NCBI GenBank assembly: GCA_964016885.1
Contig: OZ024747.1
Coordinates: 20,646,001 to 20,710,000, forward strand
Source: Eledone cirrhosa
Lineage: Eukaryota
Direction: 5' to 3'
Length of the DNA: 64,000 bases
Below the pieces are notes generated by a model. That model had not been told where the DNA came from. It did not search any database and saw nothing but the letters and a program-made list of their open reading frames with translations. Positions 58,748 to 64,000 of the stretch are shown piece after piece. The position numbers and the translations under genes are program-made. Every line of letters starts with the position of its first letter. Position 1 is the stretch's first letter.

Positions 58748-59321
58748 GTATAGTGTCCACGTATGTAGGAATATCACCGTCCCAGATGTGGTGGTAGCAT
58801 TTTATTGCTTCACTTGACCCCATCGAAGAGGGTTAAATGCTCTTCGGAATGAAAGTCTTCGGAGATACTTGATTCCAGTTTTAGCTATACGTATTACAAA
58901 TATATGAATATGAGATCACCTCGAGTGATTGGTTGGAGAGTCACATACATTCAGTAATATTTGAGTTGTGAAATAACATTGAATATATGTCTATGCATAA
59001 TGCTTTTTTTAAGGGACTGCATCGCAAAGGATTAGGATTAATAGGATGTCATATATCTCATATATTATTGGGTATAAAATGACTGAGTGTAGCAAACTAA
59101 TAAACAAAAGGGTATCAGATGATGTGTGGCTGTATGATAATATATCTAATATCTATTGTGTTGGACCTACATAAGTCTCGACCGCGAGCGTTACAGCTAC
59201 ATAAGTCTCGACCGTTCACTCAACAGAACAGCCTGCTATTTAAATAAGCGTCCCTGTGACTGCTCATTATAGAACAGCTTGTACAGATGACACCCTTTAC
59301 ATAGTTCTTTATAGTATTTAG

Positions 59322-59498
59322 TGACACGAGGTGTGACAAGGCTGGTGCCTTGACTGAAATTACAACTCATTTCTTTTTCAACTGAGTGTACTAGAGCAAC
59401 ATAAATAAAAATTCTTTCTCAAAGACATGACGTGGTATCGGGAATCGAAATCACGACCTGAGGATCGTTAGACAAACACACTAACCACTAAGCCACGT
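59322..59498 (-). mobile_element. Degenerate tRNA-head SINE of a second family (CORE-like body)
   Basis: Minus strand acgtggcttagtggttagtgtg...gtgatttcgattcccg (A and B boxes), then tgtctttgagaaag..tttatttatgttgctctagtacactcag. Confidence 0.65.
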
Positions 59499-59499
59499 A

Positions 59500-59618
59500 T
59501 CTTTTCATATACTTAAGGTGACACCTAATGCTGCTTTGGAGAAGTCCAGTTTGTTTGTTTGAAACAAACTGGAGTTCTCCAAAGCTGCATTAGGTGTCAC
59601 CTTAAGTATATGAAAAGA
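59500..59618. repeat. Near-perfect palindrome: 57-bp arms, 5-nt loop, 2 mismatches
   Basis: tcttttcatatacttaaggtgacacctaatgc...ccagtttgttt gtttg aaacaaactgg...gcattaggtgtcaccttaagtatatgaaaaga. Confidence 0.95.
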
Positions 59619-59859
59619 CTATGGGTCAGATGAAGTCTGAGCGTAGTTCTAAACTACACTGCAGGCTACTTTTGTCAGAACATTTACTGTGGATTCTTTC
59701 TCTGCCAGCTTTGCAGCCTCTACATATAGTCAAAGAGTGTTATATTCTCTAAATTAGCTAAATAAATTAATGTCCATATATATTTCATGTTTCGTGGAAA
59801 TCCTGTGACCCATATTCACTCTCTCTCATTCGCACACGCAAACGTCTAAACGTATATAC

Positions 59860-59965
59860 AATTATAAATATGAAAGGGTAGCATGTTGTATATGCATATA
59901 TATATATAATTTTATTATTATATATATATGCATATACAACATACTACCCTTTCATATTTATAATT
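59860..59965. repeat. Near-perfect palindrome with arms of about 49 bp
   Basis: aattataaatatgaaagggtagcatgttgtatatgcatata... / ...tatatgcatatacaacatactaccctttcatatttataatt. Confidence 0.92.
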
Positions 59966-60457
59966 TTATAATATAATTTTATTATTATATATATATATAA
60001 ATACATACATAAATACATAAATCTAAAATGAAACAGTGGTAACAGTGGTAGTCTGGTGGCAATGAGGGTGCTGATGGTGCTGATGGTGAGGTTGGCGTTG
60101 GTGGTGGAGAGGCCTGGTACTGTTGCTGATAGGGTGGGTGGTGGAGCCGCTGCTGTTGGTAGTGGTGGTGATAGTACTGATAGTATCGTTATAATTTTGA
60201 TTATTTATTTAATCATTTCTGAATCATTAATAATCGAGCCAGCCTTGGGTCTCTTGGTAAAGCTTCATCAATTATCGTTATAAGATATCCTACTGGAATA
60301 TTAAAACGATATTGCGAATGCGAGGAACCAATCACACTGAGGGACCTGTAAGAAATAAGGAAATCTAAGTGATAGTAGAGCTAATCAACAGAATAAAATA
60401 TACAATATGGTAAATTACACATATGATTCCACATATAAGCACTTATTATTATATATA

Positions 60458-60646
60458 AGGGCGGTGGATTGGCAGTATCAGTAGAGGGTAGGACACCATG
60501 CTTTCCAGCATAGTTACGTCCCTTTACGATCTGAGTTCAAATCCTGCCGAGGTTGACTTTGCCTTTCATCCTTACGGGGTCGATAAAATAAAGTACCAGT
60601 AATGCACTGGTTTATTGCTGGCCTTGTGCCTAAAGTAGAAACAATT
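60458..60646 (+). mobile_element. Full-length tRNA-derived SINE with TSD
   Basis: Family consensus; attattatatata on both sides (60445-60457 and 60644-60656). Confidence 0.9.
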
Positions 60647-60677
60647 ATTATATATATGTACTGAGTTCATATATATT

Positions 60678-60792
60678 CTGAGTTCAAATCCCGCCGAGGT
60701 CAACTTTGCCTTTCATCCTTACGGGGTCGATAAAATAAAGTACCAGTAATGTACTGGGCAATTGATGGCCTTGTGCCAAAAGTAGAAACAAT
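60678..60792 (+). mobile_element. 5'-truncated SINE inserted at the tail of the preceding SINE
   Basis: Starts at the B box; duplication attatatatatgtactga at 60647-60664 and 60791-60808. Confidence 0.88.
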
Positions 60793-60819
60793 TATATATA
60801 TGTACTGATGTGTAGATAT

Positions 60820-61145
60820 ATACTCTTAATGAGAGTGCAAAACCCATCCTGGAAACGACATCCCACCTTGTCTAAAATCTATGGCAAACTCCTTCGAGCC
60901 TCTGCCCTTCTAAAATCCCGGAGAGCTCACTGTCACCGTGCCAGCAATGAAATCATATCCGCTCTCTTGCTCTGGAACCCTGACTCCAGCCTGACTAGGA
61001 GTAGGAAGCTGTCATTCCCTGACGTTATCTCTAGGGATACGGGAATCAGTAGACAGGAGCTGGGGGCAGCGATGGGGGACAGGGAATTCTGGGGCATGAG
61101 GGTGAGATCCATCATCTCGACAGTAGTCGACGAATGATGATGATG
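60820..61145 (+). mobile_element. 3' fragment of an RTE-clade LINE with a (TGA)n tail
   Basis: LLMRVQNPSWKRHPT..IYG.L...RR-AHCHRA..E.IS.LLLW.P....RKLSFPDVISRDTG....L..AM.DR..W is a typical RTE C-terminus; ends gaatgatgatgatg. Confidence 0.8.
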
Positions 61146-61287
61146 CTGAGATATACATGGCTGCCTGTATGTCTGTGACTTTAACTAAATATTCTCTTAA
61201 ACTGGCACCAACATTGCCAATGTAAGTTTGCGCACCTAGCTTAATGTTCATAACCTTTCGGCCCCATTGTTATCCTCGGTCAATTCT

Positions 61288-61488
61288 CGTCGTAGGTGGC
61301 GGCGGTGGTGGTGATGGTGGTGATGGTGGCGGTGGTGGTGGTGATGGTGGCGGCGGCGGTGGCGGCGGCGGTGGCGGCAGAGTCATAATCATAACTGTCG
61401 TCGTCGTCGTCGCCACCATCATGACCATCAGCAGCAGCAGCAGCATCGCCATCATCGTCGTCGTCGTCGTCATCATCTTCGTCGCCAC

Positions 61489-61519
<31 letters not shown>

Positions 61520-61570
61520 TCCATCATCATCATCACCATCATCATCATCACCATCATCATCGTCATCAAT
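61288..61570. repeat. Compound trinucleotide microsatellite (GGT/GGC, GTC, AGC, ATC)
   Basis: Directly visible. Confidence 0.92.
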
Positions 61571-61699
61571 TATAATCGTCAATGACCCAGTAACCATCAT
61601 ATCTATTCCGATCATCAAAACCCCATCCAAAATCACCAATGTTTATCACTCTCCCTGTCATCATGGCCATGATTGTTATTATTATAATTTATATTCTAG

Positions 61700-64000
61700 T
61701 CATCATTAGCACCATCATCATCAGCACCATCATCATTAGCACCATCATCAGCAGCACCATCATCATCACCATCATCATCATTAGCACCATCATCATCAGC
61801 ACCATCATCATCAGCACCATCATCATCAGCATCATCATCAGCAGCACCATCATCATCAGCACCATCATCATTAGCACCATCATCATCAGCACCATCATCA
61901 TCAGCAACACCATCATCATCAGCACCATCATCATCACCACCAGCATCATCAGCACCATCATCATCACCACCACCATCATCAGCACCATCATCATCATCAC
62001 CATCATCATCAGCACCATCATCATCAGCACCATCATCATCAGCACCATCATCATCATCACCATCATCAGCACCATCATCATCATCACCATCATCATCAGC
62101 ACCATCATCATCAGCACCATCATCATCAGCACCATCATCATCAGCACCATCATCATCAGCACCATCACCATCAGCACCATCATCATCAGCACCATCATCA
62201 TCATCAGCACCATCATCATCAGCACCATCATCATCAGCACCATCATCATCAGCACCACCATCATTAGCACCATCATCATCAGCACCACCATCATTAGCAC
62301 CATCATCATCAGCACCATCATCATCACCACCAGCATCATCAGCACCATCATCATCATCACCATCATCATCAGCACCACCATCATTAGCACCATCATCATC
62401 AGCACCACCATCATTAGCACCATCATCATCAGCACCATCATCATCATCACCATCATCATCATCACCATCATCATCAGCACCATCATCATCATCACCATCA
62501 TCATCATCACCATCATCATCAGCACCATCATCATCAGCACCATCATCATCAGCACCACCATCATTAGCACCATCATCATCATCACCATCATCATCATCAC
62601 CATCATCATCAGCACCATCATCATCACCACCACCATCATCATCACCATCATCATCAGCACCATCATCATTAGCACCATCATCATCATCACCATCATCATC
62701 AGCACCATCATCATCACCACCACCATCATCATCACCATCATCATCAGCACCATCATCATTAGCACCATCATCATCATCACCATCATCATCATCACCATCA
62801 TCATCATCACCATCATCATCATCACCATCATCATCAGCACCATCATCATCAGCACCACCATCATTAGCACCATCATCATCAGCACCATCATCATCATCAC
62901 CATCATCATCATCACCATCATCATCAGCACCATCATCATCACCACCACCATCATCATCACCATCATCATCATCACCATCATCATCAGCACCATCATCATC
63001 ATCACCATCATCATCAGCACCATCATCATCAGCACCATCATCATCATCACCAGCATCATCAGCACCATCATCATCAGCACCATCATCATCAGCACCATCA
63101 TCATCACCACCACCATCATCAGCACCATCATCATCATCATCACCATCATCATCAGCACCATCATCATCAGCACCATCATCATCAGCACCATCATCATCAT
63201 CACCATCATCATCAGCACCATCATCATCAGCACCATCATCATCATCACCAGCATCATCAGCACCATCATCATCAGCACCATCATCATCAGCACCATCATC
63301 ATCACCACCACCATCATCAGCACCATCATCATCATCATCACCATCATCATCAGCACCATCATCATCAGCACCATCATCATCAGCACCATCATCATCAGCA
63401 CCATCACCATCAGCACCATCATCATCAGCACCATCACCATCAGCACCATCATCATCAGCACCATCATCATCATCACCATCATCATCACCACCATCATCAT
63501 CAGCACCATCATCATCAGCACCATCATCATCACCACCACCATCATCAGCACCATCATCATCATCATCACCATCATCATCAGCACCATCATCATCAGCACC
63601 ATCATCATCAGCACCATCATCATCAGCACCATCATCATCAGCACCATCATCATCACCACCATCATCATCAGCACCATCATCATCAGCACCATCATCACCA
63701 TCGGCACCATCATCATCATCACCATCATCATCAGCACCATCATCATCATCAGCACCATCATCATCAGCACCATCATCATCAGCACCATCATCATCAGCAC
63801 CATCATCATCATCACCATCATCATCACCATCATCATCAGCACCATCATCATCATCACCATCATCATCAGCACCATCATCATCATCACCATCATCATCAGC
63901 ACCATCATCATCACCACCATCATCATCAGCACCACCATCATCAGCACCATCATCATCAGCACCATCACCACAATCACCATCATCATCAGCACCATCATCA
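61700..64000. repeat. 15-bp minisatellite (AGCACCATCATCATC)n derived from (CAT)n, running off the window end
   Basis: Directly visible; variants differ by whole triplets. Confidence 0.96.

Noticed and set aside
59168-59214. Direct repeat ctacataagtctcgaccg, two copies
   Set aside because: A small local duplication with no associated element; not informative.
61689-63998. 769-aa Met-rich protein (reflectin-like idea)
   Set aside because: It is a translation of a (GAT)n-derived minisatellite with almost only M, V and L and no reflectin motifs.

Overview
AT-rich, microsatellite-rich animal DNA with no recognisable host gene. The tRNA-head SINE family resembles octopod cephalopod SINEs (inference from recall). 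Positions 2.9-33.6 kb hold a head-to-tail array of five full-length, about 6.06-kb L1/Tx1-type non-LTR retrotransposons. Each has an ORF1 with one CCHC knuckle and an ORF2 with APE endonuclease, RT (YADD) and a C-terminal zinc finger. A diverged 5'-truncated relative precedes them. Every unit ends in AATAAA plus an (ATT)n tail, and the next unit starts directly in that tail at the same nucleotide. Four copies are intact; copy 5 has an ORF2 frameshift. The array sits in a stack of co-oriented SINEs that also end in (ATT)n, share a gapless 3'-terminal motif with the LINE (CCTTGTGnnTAAnnnAGAAAnn(ATT)n), and have target-site duplications starting with ATTAT(T). This suggests a self-targeting LINE/SINE system in which each insertion recreates its own target. 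The ORF1 stop lies inside a consensus splice donor, and a 53- or 62-nt candidate intron would fuse ORF1 to ORF2 in frame. The rest of the window has a 12-kb 44-bp satellite with large internal duplications, four long fold-back palindromes, R4/Dong-like, RTE, mariner and hAT remnants, (TA)n tracts and a 15-bp (CAT)n-derived minisatellite.
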